Below, one piece after another: positions 12,438-24,959 of a stretch of DNA of 64,000 nucleotides; position 1 is the stretch's first letter, and every line of letters starts with the position of its first letter. The translations under genes were made by a program, and so were the position numbers. Source of the stretch: Squalus acanthias (lineage: Eukaryota); assembly GCA_030390025.1 (NCBI GenBank), contig CM059432.1, positions 138,882,001-138,946,000 of the forward strand, written 5' to 3'. The notes under the pieces were generated by a model, which did no database searches, was not told where the DNA came from, and was given only the letters and a program-made list of their open reading frames with translations.

Positions 12438-12701
12438 AAGCACTGCTTTAGCCCTCGACGGGTTAACAAAACAGAGTGACAGAAATGAACAAAGGGGAAC
12501 ACAAATTTGCATGTAATTCAAACTTCGTCAACACGGACTGGTTGGGGCAAAGTGCCTCTTTCCGCGTTGCAATTGCTACGTAATCTCGATCGCAAGTGAA
12601 TTAGTTTGGATGAATGAAAAGTGCAGCAGGGTTTCCTTCTACGAAATGGACATTGCTTACAGATTTAACAACCACTTTTTTCAGCCTGTTAAAGAGCAAA
12701 C

Positions 12702-12868
12702 CTGTGTGAGTCCTGAAGTGATCTCTCATGGCAGATGCTGTGAGGAAGGAATAGTGACACGTCAGCCAAGTGCACTTGAATGGCTTCTGGCCCATGTGCA
12801 GTTTCTTGTGATTGGTCAGGGCCCACTTCTCTGTGAAAGTCCGGTCACAAATTTCGCACACAAATTTC
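12702..12868 (-). CDS. ZNF407: Internal coding exon of zinc finger protein 407 (two C2H2 fingers)
   Basis: Minus strand reads a pyrimidine tract then tttcgcaacAG|G AAA TTT GTG ... CAC ACA G|GTttgc. This gives a 167-nt exon encoding (R)KFVCEICDRTFTEKWALTNHKKLHMGQKPFKCTWLTCHYSFLTASAMRDHFRTHT(G). It closely matches the ZNF407 segment as I recall it (RKFTCHLCDRSFTEKWALNNHMKLHTGEKPFKCTWPTCHYSFLTASAMKDHYRTHTG). Confidence 0.92.
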
Positions 12869-13894
12869 CTGTTGCGAAATAAAAAAAAGGGGGGGGGGAA
12901 ATAAGACGTAAGGAGCAGGAAGGAAAAAATATTGCACGCACATAACACTGCCACAGCATTTTAAAAAATGAACTGTAGTAACTGTACGGATTTTCTGCAG
13001 ACAGAATTGCAGGCTGGGCCTGTCACGTCTATATAACCAGGCATTGATTTTTCTGTCGAGACCCGGCACTTCAGCCATTTATTCTCTGCTCTGCAGTTGG
13101 ACCCAAAGGGTTTGAAAAATTCTGTTACAGTCCAGTTGCCCCTAAGGCAAATGTGAGAATAGATTTCACCTGTACAGTCCCCTCACTTATCCAGGGCGCA
13201 TGCTGTCAGAGCAAAGGCTAAATGGAAAGCCATCCATACAAGGTTACTCAACCAATCACACCCGCGTGAACTTAACCACTGCTACGGCGCACACATTCAA
13301 GCTTTAGGTACAAAGCCTGGAATTACAATCACTGCTGAACCGTATCCCATTTCCACATCTTAGCACGATGACTAGACAAACCTCAATAGGCTTGACTCCA
13401 TGTGGTAAGAGGCATTGATTAACTTGGTGCTGTTGCCAGATAGGCTGCCCTGTCCCCAAGAGATTTACTGGGCTGAAGTAATAAGAGTAACAATCATGGT
13501 TTGTTACGGAATGTGCAGTATAAATATTGTCGTATCTGTAAATCTTGCTTTCTAGCAGAGTGTCACATATAAATGGCTTTTCAATGGTATTTCAGGGTCA
13601 TTATTTGAAGATAATTATCCCACATGTTTATATTTTTGTATAAAATACACTGAACATATAATATTTATATAAAATGCAAATAAATCTGGAATAGATGTGA
13701 TGTTAAACATTCCACACCCTACAGTGTTACTGAATATGATTGTCACATCTGTTCAGCTGACAGTAAGACAAGATGAATTTAAAATTCTGTCCAGCTACCG
13801 AAGGAGAAATGGGTACTTAAACTATTTTGTAAAAGATCTACACCAAACAGCTGGTTAAAAAAAACACCATCTCCCAATATTATAATATATGGAA

Positions 13895-14470
13895 AACCTG
13901 AAGTACATAAAACACAAGTTCGGCCCAGCTGGAGTATTGTGTCTAATTCTGGGCACCACACTTTAGGAAGGACGTGAAGGCTTTGGAGAGAGTGCAGAAG
14001 AGATTTACTAGAATGGATCCAGGGATGAGGGATTACAGTTACGTGGATAGACTGGAGAAGCTGGGGTTGTTCTCCTTAGAGCAGAGAAGACCAAGAGGAG
14101 ACTTAATAGAGGTGTTTAAAATCATAAAGGGTTTAGATAGAGTAAATAAAGAGAAACTGTTTCCAATGACTTAGGCATCAATACCAAGAAGGCACAGATT
14201 TAAGGTGATTGGCAAAAGAACCAGAGGCGACATGAGGGAAAAAAATTTATGCAACGAGTGGTTAGGATTTGGAATGCACTGCCTGATAGGGTGGTGGAAA
14301 CAGATTCAATAGTAGCCTTCAAAAGGGAATTGGATAAATACTTGAAGGAGAAACAATTGCAGGGATATGGGGAAAGAGCGGGGGAGTGGGACTAACTGGA
14401 TTGCTCTTCGAAAGAGCCGGCGCAGACTCGATGGGCCAATTGGCCTCCTTCTGTGCTGTACTATTCTGTA
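13895..14470 (+). mobile_element. CR1 LINE 3' fragment (second subfamily)
   Basis: KALERVQKRFTRM...RGDLIEVFKI peptide and TATTCTGT tail. Confidence 0.9.
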
Positions 14471-15854
14471 AGATAACATAGTCTTCTGAAGATTCGGACC
14501 CAAAATGTTAACCCATCTTTTCTCTTGAAGATGCTCACTTATCTGGTGTGCATTTCCATCAGTTGCAGTTTTACTGTTTGTCTTCACAGCCATTGATACA
14601 AAATCCTGACCTCCTGCAAACCCCAATTCTAAAACCGCCTACGCAACTGAGGTACAGAGCAAGTCCTATTCAAAGGAGAGAAAATGCCAAACAACCCAAT
14701 CTAACGGCATAGGATTAAACACAATTTGAGATGCAGTCAACAAACAACCACCTCTCAAAACCTTCAGGTAATCCCATGGGAGAAATACAAACATAGGAAC
14801 AATGACGGACAGGAAAAGACCTTCTGGTCCATGCAGCCTGTCCCGCACAGTTGTGATGCCTTGTGTATCGCAATACAGACACTACACACCCCATCTGGAG
14901 CCATGTGATCTCCTGGGAGAGGAGAAAAAACAGATATAAACCCAGAACATATGGGGGGGGGGGGGGGGAACCAGAAAATTCCTTTCTGACCCCCTTAGGC
15001 AATCAAAACTATATCCAGAAGATTACATTGGCCCTGAAATAGCATGGAATTAAAAAATACATATGAAAATACCTGATGATGTAATAGTAAAAAGGCAAAA
15101 CATAAAAGACAAATAATTGCAGCAAAAGATCTACATAAGCAAAAATACACAGGTATTCAAAATCTCAGAAAGCACACGTGAAAAAATGGTCTGTGGATTA
15201 CATATTTTAGAGTTCTGTTTCACCAGCATCTGCCATTGTAACACATAATTACAAAATTATAGTTTAATGAATACAAAGTACCAGCAAAATATTCAACGGC
15301 TCAATTCTGGACTTATTCTGTCCATTTAGTTAAAGTATAATGTCTCACTTCCAACTAAGAAACCAATTATATCTACGCACACAGACACAATATCAATGAT
15401 TCATGTCAATAGGCAATAAAACTACCAGCCACTGATGTGACAGACAACAGCCTATGGCTTGTGGAAAATGGGTGAAATCTTTCAGATTTTAAAATAAATT
15501 GACTCTAAGGGTAAAATAAAACAAATATCGATTGCAATTTTGAGCTGCAAGGTAAACTATTGCTCCCTCAAGTTGCAAAAGTGACCTTCAGTGTATAATA
15601 ATGCCCTTAGCTATTGGCTTTCAGCATTAGAACACGCTCCTGGTCACTTCTGTAATGCTTAGGTTAACTGACTATTTCAGATCTCTCTGTGATCAATACT
15701 AGTTCACATATATGATTTCAATATTTCTGTCTCTGTTGTTACTGGGGGTAGACTAAATTCAAAAAGCTCTCTTATACCATGGGCCTTATTTTCTGAGGGC
15801 CCTGAACTACCACCATCCATCAAATGTCACTTCTGACTTGGGTTAGCGCTTATT

Positions 15855-16026
15855 GCAGTTTTATGGCAGGGATGGGGACTTGATTGGAGGGATACAGACA
15901 CGACGTTGCACGAATTTGGGAGGTGACACCACGTTCAAAGACTTGTGAGGAAAGGAAGGTAGGAGATGGGGTGGTAGTTTGCAATCCCGGATGCATCGAG
16001 GGAGGGTTTTTTGAAGAGGGGATTCT
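15855..16026 (-). mobile_element. Degraded L2 ORF2 (RT N-terminal) fragment
   Basis: Minus strand gives PLFKKPSLDASGIANYHPISYLPFL/SQVFERGVTSQIRA, the KKPSLD..NYRPIS.LPFLSK.LE motif. Confidence 0.75.
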
Positions 16027-16304
16027 TAGTCGCATCTTCCGCATCCTTCAATATCAAAGGAAACAGTGTCTATGTGGTGCCACAGTAAACATCAGGAAAT
16101 TTCTGTGTCCCCACCACAATAAGTGAACACATTTCAAAAGTTTTTAAGTAAATTCGATAGTAAGTGCTTTTTTTTTTCCAAAAAAAGAGATGTGTGCAAG
16201 AGAGAAAGGGAGTAAACATTACAGTGTTCTGATTACGTGCCTGTTGTAGCTTTTGTTTTGTGTTCAATAAACTTCAGAAAGTGTATTAAGCTAAGCCGCT
16301 AAGA

Positions 16305-17137
16305 AAAAAAGGCTTGTATTTATATAGCGCCTTTCACGGCCTCAGGACGTCCCAAAGCGCTTTACAGCCAATTAAGTACTTTTGAAGTGTAGTCACTGTT
16401 GTAATGTAGGAAATGCGGCACAATTTGCATACAGCAAGCTCCCACAAACAGCTACAGGAAACTCTTTATTAACCGGCACCCAAATATCCGGAAATCTCTC
16501 TTAACCGGCAAAATTCTTGAGTAGGTAACCGGGGTTTTCCTTCATCTCTCGTTTAAAATTAACTTTTAAAAAAACCCCAAGACGTTTGCCTTGTATCGGA
16601 GCGTGTAGATTGGGAGGGGAATGTGCAGCCCGGGTAGGCAGCGGACATGACAGATGGTCAGCTGGCGGTCCCCGGGGAGACGGAGCTCCGAATGCAGGCG
16701 CATGTCAGTGTGTACGGGGCTCTCGTACGTTGGGAGATATAACTCTCCATTATCCGGACTTTTTGATTAACCGGCACCACGCCGGTCCCGTCGGTGCCGG
16801 TTAATAAAGAGTTTCCTGTATATGATAATGACCAGATCATCTGTACTTTTTAATGATGTTGATTGAGGGATAAATATTGGGCAGGACACCAGGGATAACT
16901 CCCCCGCTCTTCTTCGAAATAGTGCAACGGGACCTTTTACATCCACTTGAGAGGGCGGACTGGGCCTTGCTTAACATCTCATCTGAAAGACGGCACCTCC
17001 GACAGTGCAGCACTCCCTCAGTACTGCAATGGAGTGTCAGATTAGATTTTTTTGTGCTCAAGTCTCTGGAGTGGGACTTGAACCCATAACCTTCTGACTC
17101 AGAGGCGAGAGTGCTACCTACTGAGTTACAACTGACA
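16305..17137 (-). mobile_element. DeuSINE interrupted by a Tigger-like MITE
   Basis: SINE sequence is colinear on both sides of 16455-16818. Confidence 0.85.
16455..16818. mobile_element. Tc1/mariner-pogo (Tigger-like) MITE, second subfamily
   Basis: Perfect TIR CAGGAAACTCTTTATTAACCGGCAC with TA duplication; subterminal sequence shared with 11153-11565. Confidence 0.92.
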
Positions 17138-17279
17138 GAGGGAGGACAAGAGAGAGTCAGAGAGTGTGAGAGAGAGTCAGAGAGTGAGGAGTGTGTGAGA
17201 GAGAGCGAGTGCAAGAGTGTGCGTTAAGGTTAGTCCAATGATAGAATCATGAATAGTACAGCACAGAAGGAGGCCTGTA

Positions 17280-17550
17280 TCCAATCTGAATCTGTATCCA
17301 CCACCCTATCGGGCAGTGCATTCCAAATCCTAACCACTCATTGTGTAAAAAAGTTTTGCCTCATGTCGCCTCTTTGTCTTTTGCCAATCTGTGCCCTCTG
17401 GTTACCGGCCCTTCAGCCATTGGAAACAGTTTCTCTTTATTTACTCTGTCTAAACCCTTCATGATTTTAAACACCACTATCAAATCACCTTTTAGCCTTC
17501 TCTGCTCCAATGACAACCACCCCCAGCTTCTCTAGTCTATCCACATAATT
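17280..17550 (-). mobile_element. CR1 3' fragment
   Basis: Reverse-complement similarity to 20074-20590. Confidence 0.75.
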
Positions 17551-18244
17551 TTCTCCAAAAAAACAACTGGCTTCAAAATTCAACTATTTCATCTATGTTT
17601 TGTTGACAGTTGGAAAAGGTCAATGCTAATTATTGCTTATACCTGGGAGGTTCATACATCAACAGGCAGGGGTCAGAGAGAGGTGGAATGTGAACCAGAA
17701 ATAGAGTGTGTATTTCTTCATTTAATGTTACTTTAATTTTCAAAAAAAGAGACACCAGTTGAACTTTGCAGCTAACTTGTATTTTGTTGACAACCGGAAG
17801 AGGTCAATGCTAATAACTTCCACCTGCGAGTTAGAGATTCTAATTTCTAACACCCATGTGATAGAAAGACAGAGAGAAAGGCCAACAGACAGTTTCTTTC
17901 CTCATTCTAGGTTGAGTTCATTGAAGAAAAACAAGTTGAATTTTTAAAGTAAGGAAAACCTCTGAGTGAAACAGACAAGAAGGGAGGATAGGAGATGGAA
18001 GGAGGAAAACTGATGGAAGATATGGGGTGGGTGTCTGGTCTTTTGATACCTGTCCTTTGGGGGGATGCATGTAGGATTACAGTTAAGGTGATTAACAGTG
18101 GAGCAAGGGTGAGGGGAGGATATAGGGGTTGAGAGGATAGTTGAGAGTGCAAGAGGTAGGAGTAGTAAAAGGAGTGAAGGAGTGGTCGAAAGGGGAATGG
18201 GTGGTGGGGGTTGGTGAAAGAGATAGGGATACAATGGGAGTAAA

Positions 18245-18916
18245 AGAAAAAAGTAAGACTTGCATTTATATCGCGCCTTTAACAACCTCAGGGCATCCCA
18301 AAGCACTTTACAGCCAATGAAGTACTTTTGAAGTGTAGTCACCGTCATAATGTAGGGAAACGCGGCAGCCAATTTGCGCACAGCAAGCTCCCACAAACAG
18401 CAATGTGTTAATGATCGGATAATCTGTTTTAGTAATGTTGGTTGAATGAGATTTCAGGATCAAATACTGTCCCCTGGTACTTCAAGGTGTACACAAATCA
18501 CAACTCCTACAGCAAGGGAAGATATTTGAACCCCAGACATTGAGAAAATGTAAAATCAGACCGTGATGTTCACTAATTATTGGTGGTGATTTTCTGTTCC
18601 ATCATGAGGGATATTAATGCTGCGGAATAGAATACTTTTCGACTTAACATGCAGCTTCAGCACCAAGTTCCCTCAATTCTACCAAAATAATAGTTCTAAC
18701 GATAGAAAGGAGCACCTTTGCCAGGAGAACTGCCCTTCTCTGCTTCGAAGTAGTGCCATGGGACCGTTTACATCCACTTGAGAGAGCAGACAGGGCCTTG
18801 GTTTAACATCTCATCCAAAAGGCGGTACCTCCGACAGTGAGGCAATCCCTCAGCACCGCACTGGAGTGTCAGCCTAGATTGTGTATTCAAGTCTCTGGAG
18901 AGGGGATTGAACCCAC

Positions 18917-18954
<38 letters not shown>

Positions 18955-18968
18955 TCAAGACTGACACA
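18245..18968 (-). mobile_element. DeuSINE in two pieces (18245-18447 and 18720-18968)
   Basis: 3' part and 5' part of the SINE consensus, separated by ~270 bp of unrelated sequence. Confidence 0.75.
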
Positions 18969-19375
18969 CAGTGTAAACAGTACTGGAAGCAGCATACAGC
19001 TGGGAGTGCAATAAACCAGTTACTGTCGGACATAAAACTTTGGTTTACAGAGTTCTTGGACCAAAGCTGGACCTGGAATGCAGCAGACACAAGACCAAAA
19101 TTGTGAGGAAAAAAAAACTGATGTTCATCATTTTATTTTTGTATGGTTGAGATAATTTAATGGATTTAGGAGTGGCAATGGCACCAAGTAGAGGAAGCAA
19201 GGGAGTGAATTGGGACTATTTTGGTAATGTCTATAGACTATTGGAGGTAATGCCAATATTAGTGTTTGGGAGGCTTGAATCTTTTGCCTATAGCTCAAAG
19301 AGTTAAAGTGGAAAACACCAAATGCTTGACAACTATTAACATATTAAGTATTTATTATGGGTCTAATATACTTGA

Positions 19376-19800
19376 GTTATGTGGAGAGACTAGAGAAGCT
19401 GGGATTGTTCTCCTTAGAGCAGGGAATGTTAAGGGGAGATTTAATATAGGTGTTCAAAATTATGAGGTATTTTGATAGAGTAAATAAGGAGAAACTGATT
19501 CCACTGGCAGGAGGGTTGGTAACCAGAGGACACAGATTTAAGATAATTGGCAAAAGAACCAGAGGGCAGACGAGGAGAATTTTCTTTTACGTAGCGAGTT
19601 GTTATGATCTAGAACGCATTACTTGAAAGAGTGGTGGAAGCAGAATCAAGAGTAACTTTCAAAAGGGAATTGGATAAATACTTGAAAAGGAAACATGTGA
19701 AGGGCTATGGGGAAAGAGCAAGTGGAGTGGGACTAATTGGATAGCTCAAAGAGGTACGATGGGCCGAATGGCGGCCTTCTGTGCTGTATGATTCTATGAT
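19376..19800 (+). mobile_element. CR1 3' fragment
   Basis: ERLEKLGLFSLEQ region through the GATTCTATGA tail. Confidence 0.85.
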
Positions 19801-20073
19801 AACTAGAGAGTAACAAAATGGAATGTTACTGTAACATAGCTTTCTGATGTTGAATGGCAATATCTTGCTGCTGCAATTGAACCCTGCTTTACATCTGACC
19901 AGAGTAAAGCCAGAGCAGGAGTCGGCTAATGCTCCTTTTGCCAACCCTAGCAGCTGCTACCTCGATAAGTGCACATACAGCCTAAACGAGCAACAAAAGT
20001 TCCATTAATAAGGTATTCATACCACTGCTCCAGGTCTGCAAATTTAAGTGATACAGATGGCAGACAGCACAGA

Positions 20074-20590
20074 CAGGACGTGAAGGCTTTGGAGAGGGTA
20101 CAGAAGAGATTTACTAGAATGGTTCCAGGGATGAGGGATTACAGTTACGTGGATAGACTGGAGAAGCTGGGGTTGTTCACCTTAGAGCAGAGAGGGCTAA
20201 GAGGAGATTTGATAGAGGTGTTTAAAATCATGAAGGATTTCGATAGAGTAAATGAAGGGAAACTGTTTCCAATGGCTGTAGGGTTGATAACAAGAGGGCA
20301 CAGATTTAAGGTGATTGGCAAAAGAACCAGAGGCGACATGACGAAAAACTTTTTCATACAACAGGTGGTTGGGATTTGGAATGCACTGCCTGATAGGGTG
20401 ATGGATACAGATTCAATAGTAGCCTTCAAAAGGGAATTGGATAAATACTTGAAGGAGAAAAAAAATTGCAGGGATATGGGGAAAGAGCGGAGGAGTGGGA
20501 CTGACTGGGTTGCTCTTTGAAAGAGCCAGCGGAGACTCGATGGGCCGAATGACCTCCTTCTGTGGTGTACTATTCCATGGTTCTACGATT
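20074..20590 (+). mobile_element. CR1 3' fragment
   Basis: C-terminal part of ORF 19969-20520 (DVKALERVQKRFTRMVPG...WNALP) and tail. Confidence 0.9.
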
Positions 20591-21989
20591 CACTCCAAAA
20601 CACTGCGCAACATTTTTCACCCTTCTCGATTCCCCATGATATTGTTTTGTCAGCAGTTTCTAAAGTGGTTGTGCAAAACACAACACAGTATATCTTGTGA
20701 GCCGTGGCACAAAACAATCCAAGCCAAGTGTATTACAGTCTCTTTGGCACTTTAAAATAAAAATCAGCTAGCTAATTCGACTCAATAGCTTAACAGAAGG
20801 TAAGCTAAAAGCCGTAATAATCAATTGAAGATTCTGTGGCATTTTCTCTTCTGAGGCACTTGTTTGCATACCTCCATCGTGAATCAGCAAAACAAAAGAA
20901 ACAATTACAAAAGATCATTTAAATAGCACAATAATCATATGTCAACATTTCCATTTTTATTTTTTCCTGTGCCGACGGTAGAATAAATTCACAGGCTAAG
21001 AGTGCCATCCGTCAGCATTCTGCCAGTGTTCATTCTGCTAAGTGATGTTACCGCTCTAACTGCAGAAAATAAGGAGATTATTATAGTGACTGTTGGAAAC
21101 TAAACATCTGGACATTCTGGGGACAGATTTACACGCTGTCTGTCAGATAAAACACCGTTTTGCCTGCTGCTTACGAAACAAGGATATGCCTGGCAGCTTT
21201 TCCCAGCTTTGCTATCAGACTACTTCAATAGACCATTACTCCACCTTTACTGAAGAACAACATCCTGTCTTGGTTTACAGAGTCATTTCCATCGACGGCA
21301 GTACCTCAGACGGCTTCTGATTGTAATCATTTTTTGGGGGGGTTAGTAGAGGTTTATTTGCGTTTTAGAGTTCGCAGGATCTTGGGGAACATTTTTTTTA
21401 AAACTAAGTAATACATGCACATCAACTACAGCATCCAATTGCAAACAAGCAGCACTCAAGTAAAACTCACAAACTTCACTTTTAAGGGCTTGCTTATATA
21501 TTGAAAAATCCATAATTCAGACTTGCACCTCATACTGCCAATGACCTACTCTAAAGGCTAATGAATGTCATTGTAAAGCATCCATCAGTTCCTTTCTGGA
21601 TTTGGTGCGCGCAGAACTCTGCTGAGAGTGGCTGTATATCTACGGCAACTCAGTCGTTCCACTGAGCATGAAACAGTACCAAAAGTTCAAAATTAAATAC
21701 AGCGCTGCTCCTCTCGTGAAAAAAATGAGAAGTTATTCTGCCACGGGTTAAAGGTTATATAGCAAAAGCTGGCACACTGTGATATGATTTTACTCTGGCA
21801 CTGCGAGAAAGGTTAAATGGAAGAACATTGCACTGATGCAACATGCCTGCTGTAAATCAGGTGATTGTGGGGTACACATGACTGGACTGAGATAGCGCAC
21901 ATGTTGTAAATCATGCCATTCTCGATTAAATGTGACTTTACTGATATGGTGCACACATCGGCACATACAGGATTAAACACTACTGTGCT

Positions 21990-21992
<3 letters not shown>

Positions 21993-22032
<40 letters not shown>
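21993..22032. repeat. (TA)20 microsatellite
   Basis: Read directly from the sequence. Confidence 0.98.
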
Positions 22033-22035
<3 letters not shown>

Positions 22036-22157
22036 CACAGTCGAGGTACTATGGATTGAAGCCACAGATGCACAGGGATTCCAGTAGCTACAACACTCCC
22101 AATTGGACTCTTGAATATGGAACTCGAGCGTCAGTTGTGCCCTGATTCTCTCGCTTA

Positions 22158-23881
22158 GGCCGGAATTTTGCCAGCGCTCAGCGGACAGGATGGGTGGCGG
22201 GTCAGCTGTTAAATTTAAAATGATTGACAGCGGGTTGGGAACCCACTGTCAAAATGCACACACTGGACTTTCCCGATGTCGGGTCTGCCAGCGCGGAGCA
22301 AACCCGAAGGCAGCGGCTGGGGAAACGATTAAAATCATTAGTGGCTTGTTTACAGCCACTTATCAATGGTTCTTTCCCAGCTTTTTGGATTTGACAGATC
22401 GCCCACCAGTTTCCCGCTGTGCCTAGCCCTCGTCTGTGAAGCCGAGGCAGGAGGTCAGTGGCCATTGAATCAGCTGATGAGTTGACAGCTTCAAATGTCA
22501 AGGCAAAGCTCCCAACTGATTGAGACATGTTCATTTAACCACTAGCTTCTCTAAACTGCATTTCCACTACAGATTCAGGATGCTGCAAGTCTTTACACAA
22601 GTCTCCATGCAGTCTGACCTCATTACCTCTCCCACCATTGACAGATCGCTTCTGTCATCTCTACTTCACCTGCCATCTATTCCATCAGCATGGGTGCCAT
22701 TGAAACTCTCACCTTGATCCTCAGAATCCCACCACGATCAACCCCAACACCAGCAGCACCAAAACATCACCACCAACCTTCTCCGCAATCACCTGATGCT
22801 GCACAGGACATCAGCACCCGGACCACATTGCTGCCCGGGAGGCCAGGGATGGCCTCACCATGGCCAGATTTACTTCACTTGATGTTATACACCCTGGCTG
22901 CCACATGATGCACCAGGTTGGCACCACCCCACACCAACACCATAAAGCATCCCTACAATGACCAAGCCATTCCTTTCACACTCATTGCCATTGCAGGGGG
23001 TACCGTTATGTCTCACCATTCACTGCAACTCACTAAGCCACTTCCAAAGGTGCACACAAATCTGTCCAAGAACAAAGTGTTGAAAATAAAGGTTTCAATG
23101 TTTGACACCACATTAACAGAAATTTTACATGAACATTGCATAAAACACCCAAGTGCCTACCCTTCTGTGTTGTTAATTGGTATGATTGCACTAGGATGAG
23201 GGTGAGTGTGAGGGGTGGCTAGTGAGATATGGATGTGATAATGTAGAGAGAGAGGGATGGGTGGAGGTGCAAGGTAAGTTGGTGTGAGTAAGGATGTGCA
23301 GGAGTAGGGTGGGGAAGGCAGAGTGATGGGGATGTGATGAGAGGCACAGCAGGATCAGGTTGAGTGTGGCTTTGTACTAATGTTTTGTGATCTACAGAGA
23401 TCATTGAAACATTTGCGGCACTGCACCCAGGTCCGCCTGACCACATCCCTGCTTGTGCCCTCCTCTGCAATGTGCAACCAGGCTGTGTTGGTCTCCTGGG
23501 AAGGTCTCTTCCGCCCATTAGAAGGGAAGAGAACCTCTCTGCATGCTGTGACTCCCTCCATAAGCATATGGAGGGAGTCATGGGAGAGCCTGGGTGCAGC
23601 CCTGCACCTCTGTGCAGTGCTTGTCAGTGTTTGCAGCACCTCAATGCTGTAGAACACTGACAGCACAAATGGCAAAAAGAAATTTGGCCATGGTCCCTTT
23701 AAGGAAACCAGCTGATGACGGGTCATCAAATGACGTCACCAGACCCGCTTCATCTAATTGGCTGGCAAACGCGCTGGGCGCGCTTAACAAGCCCCGTCTT
23801 GGGAAATTCATTTCAGAGGCCTGGATGGAGACAACAGCGGGGTCGGGACCCACCACGTCGAGGTTCGTATAAATCGCGACC
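22158..23881. mobile_element. Internally deleted Harbinger/PIF transposon with a Myb/SANT-like gene remnant
   Basis: Ends GGCCGGAATTTT (after TTA) and AAATCGCGACC are degenerate TIRs. A minus-strand Myb-like peptide lies at 23385-23615. Confidence 0.7.
23385..23615 (-). pseudogene. Harbinger Myb/SANT-like (NAIF1/MSANTD-type) DNA-binding domain remnant
   Basis: AAPRLSHDSLHMLMEGVTACREVLFPSNGRKRPSQETNTAWLHIAEEGTSRDVVRRTWVQCRKCFNDL has the PRF..L..LF / AW..IA..V / RTW.QCRK.FNDL pattern. Confidence 0.85.
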
Positions 23882-23955
23882 TTTGTCTTTCCCTACAGCC
23901 GTATTCGTAACTGTGTAGAGGCTTCACGTAGGGACAGGAAGTTATTTTGGTGGCT

Positions 23956-24328
23956 AGAAAGAAAGACTTGCATTTATATAGTGCCGCTAACGACCTCAGG
24001 ACATCCCAAAGTGCTTAACAGCCAATTAAGTATTTTTTGAAATGTAGTCACTGTTGTAACACGGCAGTCAATTTGTGCACAGCAAGGTTCCACAAACAGC
24101 AAACAGATAATCTGTTTTTTTTTTAAAAAAGTGATGTTGGTTGAGGGACAAATATTGGCCAGGACAACAGGGAGAACTCCGCTGCTCTTCTTCGAAATAG
24201 TGCCAGGGGATCTTTTACATCCAGCTGAGAAGGCAGACTGGGCCTCGGATTAAAGTCTCATCGGAAAGATGGCGCAGCGATCCCTCAGTACTGTACTGAA
24301 GTGTCAGCCGAGATAATGTACTCAAGTC
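23956..24328 (-). mobile_element. DeuSINE, 5'-truncated
   Basis: Deu core and L2-type tail. Confidence 0.8.
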
Positions 24329-24959
24329 TAGTAAAGGTACACAAGATTGCACCCAAAGACAACAACATGACTTCACAGAAACCAATACACATTCAGAAAG
24401 AAAGCAACATCGTGCTTAGGGAAAGAATGATTGGGGCTTGGTGAGAAAGGCAGAAAAAGCAGGAGTAGGCCAAGATGGAGCTTCCAAATGGAATTTTCAG
24501 TTGGAAGCACCGCAAAACAAAGGTTAAAGTAAAAGATCTTGTTATGCGCCACATGACTATTGGCTGGCTAAGAGGAGTACTAGCAGTGGGCTATGAGCAA
24601 GCTGGACAGAAAAAAAATATATGGTGTAGGGGTGACCTGAAAAAGAATGGGAAAAAAGTACAAAACAACTGAGGAGCGATGACTGTTAAACATAACATAG
24701 CTAAAGATACAAGAGAAAAGTCAGGAATCCTTTGAGGTGCAAGAACAGGTGCAGAGAGAAGGCTGAATTGGGAGAGCGGGCCAATTTTGCATTGTGACTG
24801 TATGCCTTGCTGAGGTATGTGTATGCATGAGATGCAGAAACACGGTTAAAAGATGAAGGCTTTGGCATGGGTGATCAAATAAAGTGGAACTGGTTGACAG
24901 GTAACACTTTGCCGCATGTAAACTTTGGATCATTGACCTACATTGTACTGTTGGGTATT

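Noticed and set aside
1..12700. Next ZNF407 exon (GEKSFLCDLCGFAGGTRHALTKH-like, from recall)
   Set aside because: I searched the minus strand by eye and did not find it. Donor-like sites such as the one near 7990 give no zinc-finger peptide.
12601..12954. The whole 117-aa ORF as a single-exon gene
   Set aside because: Only 12702-12868 is zinc-finger sequence bounded by AG/GT. The flanks are polypyrimidine tract and intron.
14484..14580. Third hammerhead motif (CTGAAGA...CAAAATGTTAAC)
   Set aside because: It looks like a decayed Penelope terminus; stem II and the GAAA box are disrupted.
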